Source of the DNA: an uncultured Pelagibacteraceae bacterium
GTDB taxonomy: Bacteria > Pseudomonadota > Alphaproteobacteria > Pelagibacterales > Pelagibacteraceae
Direction of reading: 5' to 3'
Assembly (NCBI GenBank): GCA_902556285.1
Contig: CACDWD010000001.1
Location: forward strand, 31 to 64,030
Length of the DNA stretch: 64,000 nt
Every line of letters starts with the position of its first letter. Within the stretch, counting starts at the first letter, position 1. The position numbers and the translations under genes were made by a program. The notes beneath the pieces are model-generated. The model ran no database searches and had not been told where the DNA came from. It saw only the letters and a list, made by a program, of their open reading frames with translations. Shown here in pieces: positions 20,131 through 30,314 of the stretch.

Positions 20131-21549
20131 ATGAATAAAATAACAAATACAAAAAATTTTAATAATTTTTCTTCTGAAGGCTTTGAATGGAAGCAAGTAC
20201 AGAATGAAATGAAAAATAAACTAGGCTTAGAAATTTATGAGAGCTGGTTAAAAAAGATTTCTTTTGTTGAGGAATTCAATAATTACTTATTATTATCAGT
20301 TCCAACAAGATTTATTAGAGACTGGATTACATCAAGGTATTTAGACCAAATATTACAAATAATTAAAGTATATAAGAAAGATATTATTAGAATTGAATTC
20401 AAAATAGTTGAAAAAGCTCAAGATATCACTTTAAAAGAAAATAATATTAAGGAGAATAATACTAATGAAAATGTTTCATTTATAAAAGACTCTTACCTTC
20501 AGTATAATCGAATTGATCCAAATAAAAGATTTGATAATTTTATAACAGGTTCAAGTAACAAATTAGCTTACGAGGCTTCTTTAAAAGTTTCAGAAAATAT
20601 ATCTCATTATAATCCACTTTATATTTATGGTGGTGTTGGAATGGGAAAAACTCACTTATTAAATTCAATAGGTTTAGAGCTTAAAAAAAATAACAAAGTA
20701 ATGTTTATTTCTGCTGAACGTTTTATGTATCAGTTTGTAAAATCAATTAAATCAAACGACATGGTTAAGTTTAAAGAATATTTTAGAAATACAGATATTT
20801 TATTAATCGATGATATCCAGTTTATAAGTGGAAAAGAGGCTATGCAGGAGGAGTTTTTTCATACATTTAATGCATTACTTGATAAGGGATCTCAAATAAT
20901 AGTATCAGCTGATCGAGCACCAAATAAATTATCAAGGATTCAAGAAAGAATTAAATCAAGATTTTCAGGTGGATTAGTTGTTGATATTCAAAAGCCAGAC
21001 CTTGAGCTAAGAAAAAAAATAGTTGAAAAAAAAACTGAAGAATTGAATGCTTTGTATTCAGAACAATTACAAGTTTCTAGAGAAATTCAAGATTTTATAA
21101 GTAATGAAATAACTGGAAGTGTAAGGGAATTAGTTGGTGCAATAAACAGAGTTGTTTCATTTTCAAGAATTTACAACAAAGTTCCAAATCTTGCTGAAAC
21201 TAAAGTAGTTTTAAAGGATTTATTAAATTTAGCAGAAAATAAGGTTACAATAGATCTAATTCAGACAATTGTTTGTAAGTTTTTCAAAATTAGCAAAAAT
21301 GAAATGCTATCATCTAGAAGATCAAGATATTTAGTAAGACCTAGGCAAACAGCAATTTATTTAACTAAAATTTTGACTTCTAAATCATTACCCGAAATTG
21401 GAAGAGAGTTTTCTAACCGAGACCATACAACAATAATTCATTCAGTAAAAACTATTGAAAAGATAAAAGAAAAAGATCCTGAGATGGTTGATAATATAAA
21501 TAAATTAAAAAACCAGATTTTATATAATAATAAAGAAAATGAAATTTAA
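20131..21549 (+). CDS. dnaA: Chromosomal replication initiator DnaA
   Basis: YNPLYIYGGVGMGKTHL, IDDIQF, QEEFFHTFN, RDHTTIIH. Confidence 0.98.
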   Translation: MNKITNTKNFNNFSSEGFEWKQVQNEMKNKLGLEIYESWLKKISFVEEFNNYLLLSVPTRFIRDWITSRYLDQILQIIKVYKKDIIRIEFKIVEKAQDITLKENNIKENNTNENVSFIKDSYLQYNRIDPNKRFDNFITGSSNKLAYEASLKVSENISHYNPLYIYGGVGMGKTHLLNSIGLELKKNNKVMFISAERFMYQFVKSIKSNDMVKFKEYFRNTDILLIDDIQFISGKEAMQEEFFHTFNALLDKGSQIIVSADRAPNKLSRIQERIKSRFSGGLVVDIQKPDLELRKKIVEKKTEELNALYSEQLQVSREIQDFISNEITGSVRELVGAINRVVSFSRIYNKVPNLAETKVVLKDLLNLAENKVTIDLIQTIVCKFFKISKNEMLSSRRSRYLVRPRQTAIYLTKILTSKSLPEIGREFSNRDHTTIIHSVKTIEKIKEKDPEMVDNINKLKNQILYNNKENEI

Positions 21550-22651
21550 CGTTAATCAACAGGATCTTCAGCAAGCATTAAATTATTGCCAAGGAGTTAT
21601 TGAAAAAAGAAGCACATTACCAATACTTTCTAATATTTTGTTAGATGTAAGTAATTCAAAACTTACTATCACTGCGACTGATCTAGATTTAATATTTATA
21701 CATCAATTAAATAATGTAGAAATTCTAGAGGAGGGCAAAACAACCACAACCTCCTCAATCATGTATGATATTATAAGAAAGTTTAACTCAGGAAAAAAAA
21801 TAAATCTTTCTCTAACAGATATAAGCAAATTACAAGTAGAGTCTGAAAAATCTATTTTTAATTTGAATTGTATAAGTGCAACAGAGTTTCCACTGACAGA
21901 TGAAAATTTTAATCAAAATGAATTTATAATTAAATCAAAACAACTTTTAAAATTATTAAATAAGTGTAAATTTTCAGTTTCTAATGATGAAACAAGACAT
22001 TATCTAAGTGGCATTTATTTTCATCAAACAGAAGTTGAGGATAAAAATTATTTAACTGCAGTTGCAACTGATAGTCATAGAATGTCTATTTCAAAAGTTA
22101 GATTAGAAGAAAAAATTGATTTTGATCCAATAATTTTACCAAAAAAAACTATTTTTCAACTTTGCTCTTTATTAGATAGCTATGACGGAGATGTAAAAGT
22201 TTCAAATGTGAAATCAAAAATAAAATTTGAATTAAATAATAGTATTTTAATTTCAAAACTTATTGATGGAAAATTTCCAAATTACATTCAAGTTATACCT
22301 AAAAATAATCAAAAAAAATTAGAAATAGACTTAAAATTATTTTTAAACTCAGTTGATAGAGTGGCATCTGTTTCATTAGATAAAAAAGATGGTGTTAAAT
22401 TCAATTTATCTAAAGACACTTTAGATCTGTCAGTAAATAATACTAACAGTGGTGATGGTAAAGAAACCTTAACTGTTAAGTTTGATCATGATTTAAAGAT
22501 TAGTTTTAACTCTAGATATTTGATAGATGTTGCTTCACAACTAGATGGAGACAGAGTTGAAATTTTCTTTAATGATACTGGTTCACCAGCACTAATAAAA
22601 GATCCGGGTGATTTTGATAGTATTTTTGTTGTTATGCCCATGAAGGGTTAA
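21539..22651 (+). CDS. dnaN: DNA polymerase III beta clamp
   Basis: TLPILSN, ATDL, ATDSHR, LIDGKFPNY, VVMPM. Confidence 0.97.
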   Translation: MKFNVNQQDLQQALNYCQGVIEKRSTLPILSNILLDVSNSKLTITATDLDLIFIHQLNNVEILEEGKTTTTSSIMYDIIRKFNSGKKINLSLTDISKLQVESEKSIFNLNCISATEFPLTDENFNQNEFIIKSKQLLKLLNKCKFSVSNDETRHYLSGIYFHQTEVEDKNYLTAVATDSHRMSISKVRLEEKIDFDPIILPKKTIFQLCSLLDSYDGDVKVSNVKSKIKFELNNSILISKLIDGKFPNYIQVIPKNNQKKLEIDLKLFLNSVDRVASVSLDKKDGVKFNLSKDTLDLSVNNTNSGDGKETLTVKFDHDLKISFNSRYLIDVASQLDGDRVEIFFNDTGSPALIKDPGDFDSIFVVMPMKG

Positions 22652-23349
22652 TTAATTAAATCTAACTCTGAATAAATATTTTTTTCAAGAATTTGAATAA
22701 AATTTTCTTTTGTTAACCCAGAAGGAATTGGTTTTAGAATAGAGATTGTAATCGTTTTATTAGATTTTTTTTTACCTTTTTTAGGCCACACATATCCAGA
22801 ATTAATTGCAACCGGCTGACAAGTAACATTCAGCTCTTCATAAATTCTTGAAGCACCTTTTTTAAAAGGCGGTCTTTCATCTGGAAGAACTCTAGTTCCT
22901 TGAGGAAAAATAATTAAAGGTCTGTTAGAATTAACCATCATTTTTGAAATATCATCAAAAAAACTCAAGTTGTCTTTTGTAACTTTGTTTCTTTTAATTG
23001 AAATTGATCCTATTTTTTTTAAATACCAACCAAATATTGGAATTAAAAATAATTCTTTTTTTAGAATAAATACAGGTGATTTAAAGATAGTTTGTAAATA
23101 AAAAGTTTCAAACATTGATTGATGAGATGCTGCTATAAAAAATTTTTCATTATTAATAATATTTTCTCTTCCTTTGATTGAAATTTTTACTGAAAGAACA
23201 AACTTTAAACAAAAACTGGCCCAATGGCCCATTAATTTTCCTCCTATCAAAACAACCTGTTTAGGCAAAAAAAATGATGGTAAAAAAATTATCGAAATTA
23301 AGATGATTCCAGTGAAAAACAATATTGAAAATAAAAAGTTTCTTATCAT
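22648..23349 (-). CDS. plsC: 1-acyl-sn-glycerol-3-phosphate acyltransferase
   Basis: HQS motif, LKKEL..IP.FGW, IFPQGTR; N-terminal membrane segment. Confidence 0.85.
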   Translation of the reverse strand: MIRNFLFSILFFTGIILISIIFLPSFFLPKQVVLIGGKLMGHWASFCLKFVLSVKISIKGRENIINNEKFFIAASHQSMFETFYLQTIFKSPVFILKKELFLIPIFGWYLKKIGSISIKRNKVTKDNLSFFDDISKMMVNSNRPLIIFPQGTRVLPDERPPFKKGASRIYEELNVTCQPVAINSGYVWPKKGKKKSNKTITISILKPIPSGLTKENFIQILEKNIYSELDLIN

Positions 23350-23361
23350 TTTTGTCAAAAG

Positions 23362-24576
23362 CTAAATTATATCTTTATGCTTTTGTCTTTTTCTTATTAC
23401 TTTAATTTTTGATCCTTTTATTAATAATTCAATTGGTTTAGGTCTTAAATTATAATTTGAACTAAGTGACATTCCATAAGCTCCCACATCACATATTGCT
23501 ATTAAATCTTTTTCACTCAACACTTGAAATTTTTTTAATGTAACAAATTTATCTGTACTTTCACAAATAGGACCTACAAATTCATATGTTTTTTTTGATG
23601 TTTTGTTAGATTTTGTAACAGGTAAGGTTTTATGAAAAGCACCATATAAAGCAGGTCTCATTAAATCATTCATTGCGGCATCTAAAATTATAAATTTTTT
23701 ACTTCCGCTATCTTTTATATAGATTATTTTTGACACTAATGTCCCGGTATCGCCAATAATTGATCTACCTGGCTCAAATATAATTTTAACTTTATGTTTT
23801 CTTAAAAATTTAAGAATAGCTTTATTGTATTTTTTATAATTAAGTTTTTTATTTTTATCAGTGTAAGTAATGCCCATACCTCCACCTAGATCTATAAATT
23901 CAAATTTATGATTTGTTTTATTGAGAATTTGACTGACCGCCTTAAGCATTTTTTCATAAGGTCTATGATCTAAAATCTGACTGCCTATATGAACGCTTAG
24001 ACATTTTAAATCAATATTTTTTGAATTCTTGCAATAATTGATAATTTCATAGAATGTATTTTTATTTACACCAAATTTATTTTCTTTTTTCCCAGTTGAT
24101 ATTTGACTTAATGTTTTTGGATCTGTATTTGGGTTGAGTCTTACACCAATTTTTATTTTTTTATTTTTTGATTTTGCTATTCGATTTATTTCTTTTATTT
24201 CACTTAAAGACTCAGCGTTAATAAGCAAAATTCTTTTATCAATAGCAAAGCTTATTTCATTTGTTGTTTTACCAACACCAGAAAATACTATTTTACTTGG
24301 ATTAATACCTGCTTTTAGTGCCATCATCAGTTCTCCTACTGAAACAACATCAGCACCTAATCCAAATTTTTTAATTTCTCTAATTATATTAACATTTGTG
24401 TTGGATTTGACTGCAAAGCAGATAAGTGGAGAAAAAGATCTAAAGCTTTTTTTAAAATTATTAATATTTTCTTTTAATTTAGAATAAGAATAAGAATAAA
24501 ATGGAGTTCCAAATTTATTTGCAATTTTTTGGAGACTAATTTTTTCTATTGTTAATTTTTTATTTATGTATTTCAT
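23362..24576 (-). CDS. lysA: Diaminopimelate decarboxylase
   Basis: FAVKSN, HIGSQ, DLGGG, EPGR, GPICESTD, GAYG.S.SSNYN. Confidence 0.96.
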   Translation of the reverse strand: MKYINKKLTIEKISLQKIANKFGTPFYSYSYSKLKENINNFKKSFRSFSPLICFAVKSNTNVNIIREIKKFGLGADVVSVGELMMALKAGINPSKIVFSGVGKTTNEISFAIDKRILLINAESLSEIKEINRIAKSKNKKIKIGVRLNPNTDPKTLSQISTGKKENKFGVNKNTFYEIINYCKNSKNIDLKCLSVHIGSQILDHRPYEKMLKAVSQILNKTNHKFEFIDLGGGMGITYTDKNKKLNYKKYNKAILKFLRKHKVKIIFEPGRSIIGDTGTLVSKIIYIKDSGSKKFIILDAAMNDLMRPALYGAFHKTLPVTKSNKTSKKTYEFVGPICESTDKFVTLKKFQVLSEKDLIAICDVGAYGMSLSSNYNLRPKPIELLIKGSKIKVIRKRQKHKDII

Positions 24577-24707
24577 TAGGTTAAGTTAATTAAAACTTCT
24601 TTTATTTCTGCTTTTTTATCTGGATCTACGTATTTAGGATCACCTTTCTTTCCACAAGAAATTAGTACACAAAATAAAAATATAATTATGGTAAATTTTT
24701 TTATCAT
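24576..24707 (-). CDS. Small lipoprotein, LptM/YifL-like (not in ORF track)
   Basis: MIKKFTIIIFLFCVLISCGKKGDPKYVDPDKKAEIKEVLINLT*; lipobox LISC followed by GKKG; ATGA overlap with argH and TAATG overlap with lysA. Confidence 0.8.
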   Translation of the reverse strand: MIKKFTIIIFLFCVLISCGKKGDPKYVDPDKKAEIKEVLINLT

Positions 24708-26095
24708 TTTTCTTTTTTATATTTCATTATCATTTTTTTAATATTATCAAAAGAAGTTCCACCATAAGATTTTTTCGAATTAATTGAATTTTTTAAGTTA
24801 AATACTTTTAATACATCTTCTTTAAGTTTAGGTTCAATTTTTTTTAATTCATCTAAAGTTAATTCATTTAACTTCTTTTTTCTTTTTTCAGCAAAATTAA
24901 CTACAGCTGCAGTTTTTTGATATGCTTTTCTAAAAGAAATTGAGTGATTTTTTACAAGATAGTCAGCTAAATCAGTTGCTGTAATGTATCCAGAATTAGC
25001 AAGTTCTAACATTCTACTCTTATTTGGATTGCAATTTTTTAGTACTTCATCAAAAATTTTTAAACAATTATTAAGATTATCGTTTGATTTAAAAACAATT
25101 TCCTTGTCGTCTTGTAAATCTTTAAAATAAGACAATGGTAAGCCTTTTAAAATTGTAAGCATCGAAAATAAATTTCCATAAGCGCTTCCTGATTTTCCAC
25201 GCAAATATTCTAAAAGATCTGGATTCTTTTTTTGTGGCATTATCGACGATCCAGTAACAACTTTATCAGATAAATTGATTAAGTTAAAACCATCAGAATT
25301 CCAAATAATTAACTCTTCAGCAATTCTAGAAATATGCATAGCACATACTGATGAAGCGTATAAAAAATCTAAAACAAAATCTCTATCTGAAACTGTATCA
25401 ATAGAATTACTTGTAGGTATTTTAAAACCAAGTTTTTTGGTTGTATAATTTCTATCTATATTAAATGATGTTCCTGCTAAAGCTGCAACACCTAAGGGAT
25501 TTTCATTTAAACTTTCTAAATTATTAGAAAATCTCTTTTTATCTCTATTAAACATTTCTACATAAGACATCAAATAATGTGCAAAAGATATGGCCTGAGC
25601 ATTTTTAAGATGTGTAAATCCAGGCATGATAGTCTCAACATTTTTTTCGGCTAACTTGATTGAGCTCTTAATAACTTTATTAATATTACTATTTATTTCG
25701 TTGGTCGAATTTTTCATCCAAATTTTAAAATCAGTAATTACTTGATCATTTCTTGATCTTGCAGTGTGAACATAGCCAGCTTCTTCACCTATAATTTGAA
25801 AAAGTCTTTTTTCGATATTCATATGAATATCTTCATATTTTTTATTAAACTCAAATTTATTTTTTGCGATTTCCTTATCAATTTTTGTTAGTCCATAAAT
25901 AATTTTATTTTTTATTTTAAATGAAATTATTTTTTGTTTAAAAAGCATTTCAACATGAGCAATTGATCCCTGGATGTCTTCTTTGTAGAGTCTTTTGTCA
26001 ATATCTATTGAATTACCAACTTTTTGAAACAAACTTGACGCATTTTTTTTTATTCGCGAGTTCCAGATTGCTTGGTTGTTTTTATTTTTTGTCAT
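24704..26095 (-). CDS. argH: Argininosuccinate lyase
   Basis: EDIHMNIE, HTARSRNDQ, MPGFTHL, GSSIMPQKKNPD. Confidence 0.97.
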   Translation of the reverse strand: MTKNKNNQAIWNSRIKKNASSLFQKVGNSIDIDKRLYKEDIQGSIAHVEMLFKQKIISFKIKNKIIYGLTKIDKEIAKNKFEFNKKYEDIHMNIEKRLFQIIGEEAGYVHTARSRNDQVITDFKIWMKNSTNEINSNINKVIKSSIKLAEKNVETIMPGFTHLKNAQAISFAHYLMSYVEMFNRDKKRFSNNLESLNENPLGVAALAGTSFNIDRNYTTKKLGFKIPTSNSIDTVSDRDFVLDFLYASSVCAMHISRIAEELIIWNSDGFNLINLSDKVVTGSSIMPQKKNPDLLEYLRGKSGSAYGNLFSMLTILKGLPLSYFKDLQDDKEIVFKSNDNLNNCLKIFDEVLKNCNPNKSRMLELANSGYITATDLADYLVKNHSISFRKAYQKTAAVVNFAEKRKKKLNELTLDELKKIEPKLKEDVLKVFNLKNSINSKKSYGGTSFDNIKKMIMKYKKEK

Positions 26096-26119
26096 GATAT
26101 TTAATTATACCTATTTAAT

Positions 26120-26629
26120 ATGAGATTTTTAATAATATTTATTTTTTTGATAACAAATGTTGTAGCTGAAGAACTACCCGGTATTAAAAATATTGTAATC
26201 CATAAAATACCAAAAACATACGATAATGTTATTTTTTTAGACAAAAATGATCAAGAAATTAATATCAATGAATATACTGGCAACTTATTGATATTGAATT
26301 TTTGGGCGACCTGGTGTGAACCTTGTAAAGATGAAATGCCATCTTTAGATAAACTCCAAGCTAACTCAGAATTGGATAAAATAAAAATTTTTCCAATTAA
26401 TATAGGTAAAGAAACTTTACACAAAGTTAATAAATTTTTTATAGATCTAAACATTAAAAATTTTGAACCTTATTTTGACCCACCTACTACATTAGCAAAA
26501 ATGTTTACCTTAAGAGGTGTGCCTACAACAATTCTAATTAATAAAGAGGGTCAAGAATTTGCTAGAATAATAGGTTCAATTGATTTTGAAGATACAAATT
26601 TCGTTAATTGGATAAAAAAATATTACTAA
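26120..26629 (+). CDS. TlpA-like thiol:disulfide oxidoreductase
   Basis: LNFWATWCEPCKDEMPSL, GVPTT; N-terminal signal/anchor. Confidence 0.9.
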   Translation: MRFLIIFIFLITNVVAEELPGIKNIVIHKIPKTYDNVIFLDKNDQEININEYTGNLLILNFWATWCEPCKDEMPSLDKLQANSELDKIKIFPINIGKETLHKVNKFFIDLNIKNFEPYFDPPTTLAKMFTLRGVPTTILINKEGQEFARIIGSIDFEDTNFVNWIKKYY

Positions 26630-26829
26630 TTTTTAAAAAAGTAAGCAAAGCCAACCAAAGCAATAATAGCAATAAATTGGAGAAGAACTCTTAATTGCAT
26701 CAATTTGTTTGAATATTTTTTACTAGTTTCTCCACCTTTAAAAAGAGTACCTATGCCTAAAATTAAAACTATTCCCACAGCAATCAAAAGAGCTATTGAT
26801 AAAACTTTTACAAATATTCCTGATATCAT
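26626..26829 (-). CDS. HIG1-like twin-transmembrane small protein
   Basis: Two TM helices around SNKLMQLRVLLQ. Confidence 0.8.
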   Translation of the reverse strand: MISGIFVKVLSIALLIAVGIVLILGIGTLFKGGETSKKYSNKLMQLRVLLQFIAIIALVGFAYFFKN

Positions 26830-26878
26830 ATTTTTATTTTAGATTGTTTTTTGAAATAAAAAACATAATTTATCAACT

Positions 26879-27529
26879 ATGACATTTTGCCTAGATTCAA
26901 TAATTATTAAACCAGAAGAAGGTGTTAAAATTAATAATGCTATTATTTTGCTTCATGGTTATGGAGGTGATGGAAAGGATATAAGCATGCTATCTTTAAA
27001 CTGGAAAAGACATATGCCTAATACAGTATTTGTTTGTCCGAATGGTCATGAGCCATGCGCTATAAATCCTTCTGGTTATCAGTGGTTTGATTTAACAAAA
27101 GAGGATACTGATTACATATTAGAGCAATCAATTAAAGCTGAAGAGGTTTTAAAAAAATTTATTAATGAAATAAAACAAGAGTTTAAGTTATCAAATAATC
27201 AAATCTGTTTATCTGGATTCAGTCAGGGATGCATGATGTCTTTAAATGTTGGTCTTACATTTGAAGAAAAGTTTTCATGTATAGTTGGTTTTTCCGGAAA
27301 GATAATAAATCAAAAAGATTTAAAAAACAGAATCAAAAATAATACTGAAACATTACTTATACATGGAGAAGCTGATCAAATTGTCCCATCAACACATTTA
27401 CTAGAAGCAAAAGATTTTTTAATCAGAAACAACGTTAAAGTTGATACATTATTAATAAAAAATTGTGATCATAATATTCCTATTGAAGCATCAAGTACAG
27501 CTTTAAATTTTATTTTAAAAAAAATTTAA
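26879..27529 (+). CDS. Phospholipase/carboxylesterase (alpha/beta hydrolase)
   Basis: LLHGYG, QWF, GFSQG, LIHGEADQIVP. Confidence 0.9.
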   Translation: MTFCLDSIIIKPEEGVKINNAIILLHGYGGDGKDISMLSLNWKRHMPNTVFVCPNGHEPCAINPSGYQWFDLTKEDTDYILEQSIKAEEVLKKFINEIKQEFKLSNNQICLSGFSQGCMMSLNVGLTFEEKFSCIVGFSGKIINQKDLKNRIKNNTETLLIHGEADQIVPSTHLLEAKDFLIRNNVKVDTLLIKNCDHNIPIEASSTALNFILKKI

Positions 27530-27576
27530 TATCTCTTATTATTGATAAAATTGTTTAACTAAGTTAAAATTATTTA

Positions 27577-28146
27577 ATGAACAATTTTATAGAACAAGAT
27601 GTTTCATTAGAAAAGTGTCCTGCGCTAGTACTCAATGCAGACTATAGACCTTTGAGTTACTACCCGTTGTCTTTATGGTCATGGCAGGATACTGTTAAAT
27701 CAGTTTTTCTTGATCGAGTTATTATTGTTAGTAATTACGATAGAACTATAAGAAGTCCATCATTTAATATGAAATTACCAAGTGTCATCGCATTAAAGGA
27801 TTATATTGTTCCTCAAAGCAAGCCAAGTTTTACTAGATTTAACGTGTTTTTAAGAGATAAATTTTCCTGTCAATATTGTGGAAGCAATGAAGAGTTAACT
27901 TTTGATCATCTATTACCTAGATCAAAAGGGGGCGAAACTAATTGGGATAATGTTGTAACAGCTTGTTCTGCATGCAATGTGAAAAAGGGTGGAAAACTAT
28001 TAAAACATTCAGGGATGAAGTTGCATCAGTACCCCTATCGACCATCAACAGAGGATCTACACAAAAATGGTAAAAATTTTCCACCAAATTTTTTACATAA
28101 AAGCTGGATGGATTACTTATATTGGGATGTAGAACTAGAGTCTTAA
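27577..28146 (+). CDS. HNH endonuclease family protein
   Basis: LVLNADY.PL, RDKFSCQYCG, DHLLPRSKGG..NWDNVVTACSACNVKKG. Confidence 0.9.
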   Translation: MNNFIEQDVSLEKCPALVLNADYRPLSYYPLSLWSWQDTVKSVFLDRVIIVSNYDRTIRSPSFNMKLPSVIALKDYIVPQSKPSFTRFNVFLRDKFSCQYCGSNEELTFDHLLPRSKGGETNWDNVVTACSACNVKKGGKLLKHSGMKLHQYPYRPSTEDLHKNGKNFPPNFLHKSWMDYLYWDVELES

Positions 28147-28676
28147 ATTTTCTCAGAAATATTTATTGCAATTTTTGATCCAGTTTTAATAATTTTATCT
28201 AATATAGAGTATGGACCTTCTTTAGTAGCACCTTTTTCATAGGCAATATCTTTATGATTTAATTCATCTTCTCTAAATTTAATTATTTTTTTTTTAAGTT
28301 TTGGTTCACTATTATCAAGTTGTTTTATTTGGTTTAAATAATGCTCATCTATCACTTCTTCAACAGAAGCAGTGCAAAGCATAGCCGCTTTATTACCAAG
28401 TAACGTTGAACCAAAACCTAATCCTACACCTAATAAATCCCATAAGGGTAAAAATTTTGTAGGTTTTATATTTCTTTTTTTAATTTCTTCTTCAAAAAAA
28501 TCAGAATGTTCTTTTTCATGAACTTTCATTTCCTCAATTGTTTTTTTTAAAGTTTCATCTTTAACCAATGTGTTTAGAGCAAGCAACTGTCCTTCATAAA
28601 TTTTAACAGCACCACGCTCCCCAGCATGATCAACTCTAATAAATTCTTCTATTTTCTTTTTACTTATTGTTTTCAT
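28143..28676 (-). CDS. coq7: Demethoxyubiquinone hydroxylase (Coq7 family)
   Basis: IRVDHAGE.GA..IY.GQ, EKEH, VEEVIDEHY, EDELNH di-iron motifs. Confidence 0.9.
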   Translation of the reverse strand: MKTISKKKIEEFIRVDHAGERGAVKIYEGQLLALNTLVKDETLKKTIEEMKVHEKEHSDFFEEEIKKRNIKPTKFLPLWDLLGVGLGFGSTLLGNKAAMLCTASVEEVIDEHYLNQIKQLDNSEPKLKKKIIKFREDELNHKDIAYEKGATKEGPYSILDKIIKTGSKIAINISEKI

Positions 28677-29145
28677 AACTTAAATAAGCTCTTGTTGTAC
28701 AATATACTATTAATATTGATATTATAATATTGTAACTTGTAAGGGATAATCCTAAAATTTTAAATGTAACATCTTTGCAGCTTACATTCTTTTCTTGCAA
28801 CTGTCTTAATATGTCTTCTTTTGATAGTAAATTGGAGCCATTTTTTAAATCACAAACCAATGATTCTTCAATAAAACCTTGCTCAATACCTAAATGATAT
28901 AAAGATAAAATAGTAGCAGCTAAAAAAATTAAAATAAGAGAAAGAATGAAATATTTTTCAAAATAAACAAATTTATAATTTAGGATAATAATTATTAATG
29001 CTGAGAGGTATGGAATTCTTTCCAATATACACAAGTTACAGGGTTGATGACCTAAAACATATTCAATAAAAAATGCTGAAGATAAAGCAATAATACTAAT
29101 TAAAAAAATTAATTTTAATATAATTGTTTTGTTAATCTCAACCAT
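28660..29145 (-). CDS. DsbB-family disulfide bond formation protein
   Basis: PCNLCILER.PY, multiple TM helices, second Cys pair. Confidence 0.85.
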   Translation of the reverse strand: MVEINKTIILKLIFLISIIALSSAFFIEYVLGHQPCNLCILERIPYLSALIIIILNYKFVYFEKYFILSLILIFLAATILSLYHLGIEQGFIEESLVCDLKNGSNLLSKEDILRQLQEKNVSCKDVTFKILGLSLTSYNIIISILIVYCTTRAYLSYENNK

Positions 29146-29743
29146 TAAATTTAAAAAATAAATAAATAATAATAAATATTATAACTATAATAATTCCAAT
29201 TATGGTGAACCATTTTGATCCATGTTTTTCCATGTAATCTGTAAATAATTCTCCAAATTTATAAGATAAATAGGCAACTATAAAAAATCTTAGGCTTCTT
29301 GAAATTAAACTAACAATTATAAAAATAGGAAGATTAAAAGCAATTAAACCACTTGAAATCGTAAAGGCTTTATAGGGTAATGGAGTAAAGCCAGCTAAAA
29401 AAAGAATACTCAGCCATGTGAGGAGTCCACTACCTAGAGACATGCTTAATTTTAAATTTTCAACTTTATCTTGATAACCATAAAATTCGATTAAATACAT
29501 TGCTAAATCAAAAAATAAATAACCTATCAAATATCCAAAGATTCCTCCAAGAACTGAAAATATTGATGCTATTAAAAATATTTTCAGATATTCCTTTTTT
29601 TTAGCAATAACCATTGGGATTATCATTGCATCTGGAGGTATAGGAAAAAAAGAACTTTCTATAAAAGATACAAGCCCTAAATAAAAATTTGAACTTTTAT
29701 GTGCAGCCAATGCTAAACATTTTTTGTAAAGTGTTTGAAACAT
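29138..29743 (-). CDS. YqaA/DedA family membrane protein
   Basis: SFIESSFFPIPPD, SVLGG..GY, AGFTPLPYK. Confidence 0.88.
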   Translation of the reverse strand: MFQTLYKKCLALAAHKSSNFYLGLVSFIESSFFPIPPDAMIIPMVIAKKKEYLKIFLIASIFSVLGGIFGYLIGYLFFDLAMYLIEFYGYQDKVENLKLSMSLGSGLLTWLSILFLAGFTPLPYKAFTISSGLIAFNLPIFIIVSLISRSLRFFIVAYLSYKFGELFTDYMEKHGSKWFTIIGIIIVIIFIIIYLFFKFNG

Positions 29744-29805
29744 TTTTTGGTTTTAATATAAATTTAGTTCTTATACTATTTAAATATAATTTAATTGAAT
29801 ATATA

Positions 29806-29890
29806 GGGCGAATGGCGGAACTGGTAGACGCGCACGACTCAAAATCGTGTTTCGCAAGAAGTGAGAGTTCGATTCTCTCTTCGCCCACCA
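29806..29890 (+). tRNA. tRNA-Leu(CAA)
   Basis: GGGCGAA/TTCGCCC acceptor stem plus ACCA; anticodon arm CACGA-CTCAAAA-TCGTG; long variable arm; GTTCGA T-loop. Confidence 0.97.
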
Positions 29891-30314
29891 AATCTAAATT
29901 AATTCAACAGCATTTTTAAACTGCTCATCACTCACTTCAATATAACACTGGGTGGTACTTAAATTTTTATATCTTGCTAAATTCATTGTCACTTTGGTAT
30001 TAACATTTTATTTAGCTAACGCGGTGATGAATGAGCGTCCACCTCTGTCTGTAGTCACGATTGAAAGTCTACATCTTTTATAAATTGAGTTTATTAATTG
30101 ACTCAATGAGTTTGCTGAAAATTGAGTTCTTTTTTGAGTGATTAATAAAGATTGCTAACAAAAACTTTATAGGTTAAATATATTTTTTCGTGAACTTTTT
30201 TATTAATAATAAAAATACATTTGATACTTTAGATTTATTAATCAAAAAACTTAAGAAGCTTAATCTAACTACTAGAATGCTTAAAGGTTCGTTAGCTAAA
30301 GCTAGAAAAAAATC

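Noticed and set aside
27577-28146. HNH nuclease as a defence system or mobile element
   Set aside because: Stand-alone gene among housekeeping genes with host-like composition; no methylase, ATPase, repeats or insertion scar
29689-29919. ORF-track entries 29689..29919 (+) and 29697..29891 (-), and the similar 35168..35419 (-)
   Set aside because: They are translations of tRNA-Leu or its duplicated 3' end (MVGEERIELS/MVGEERVKLS), not proteins
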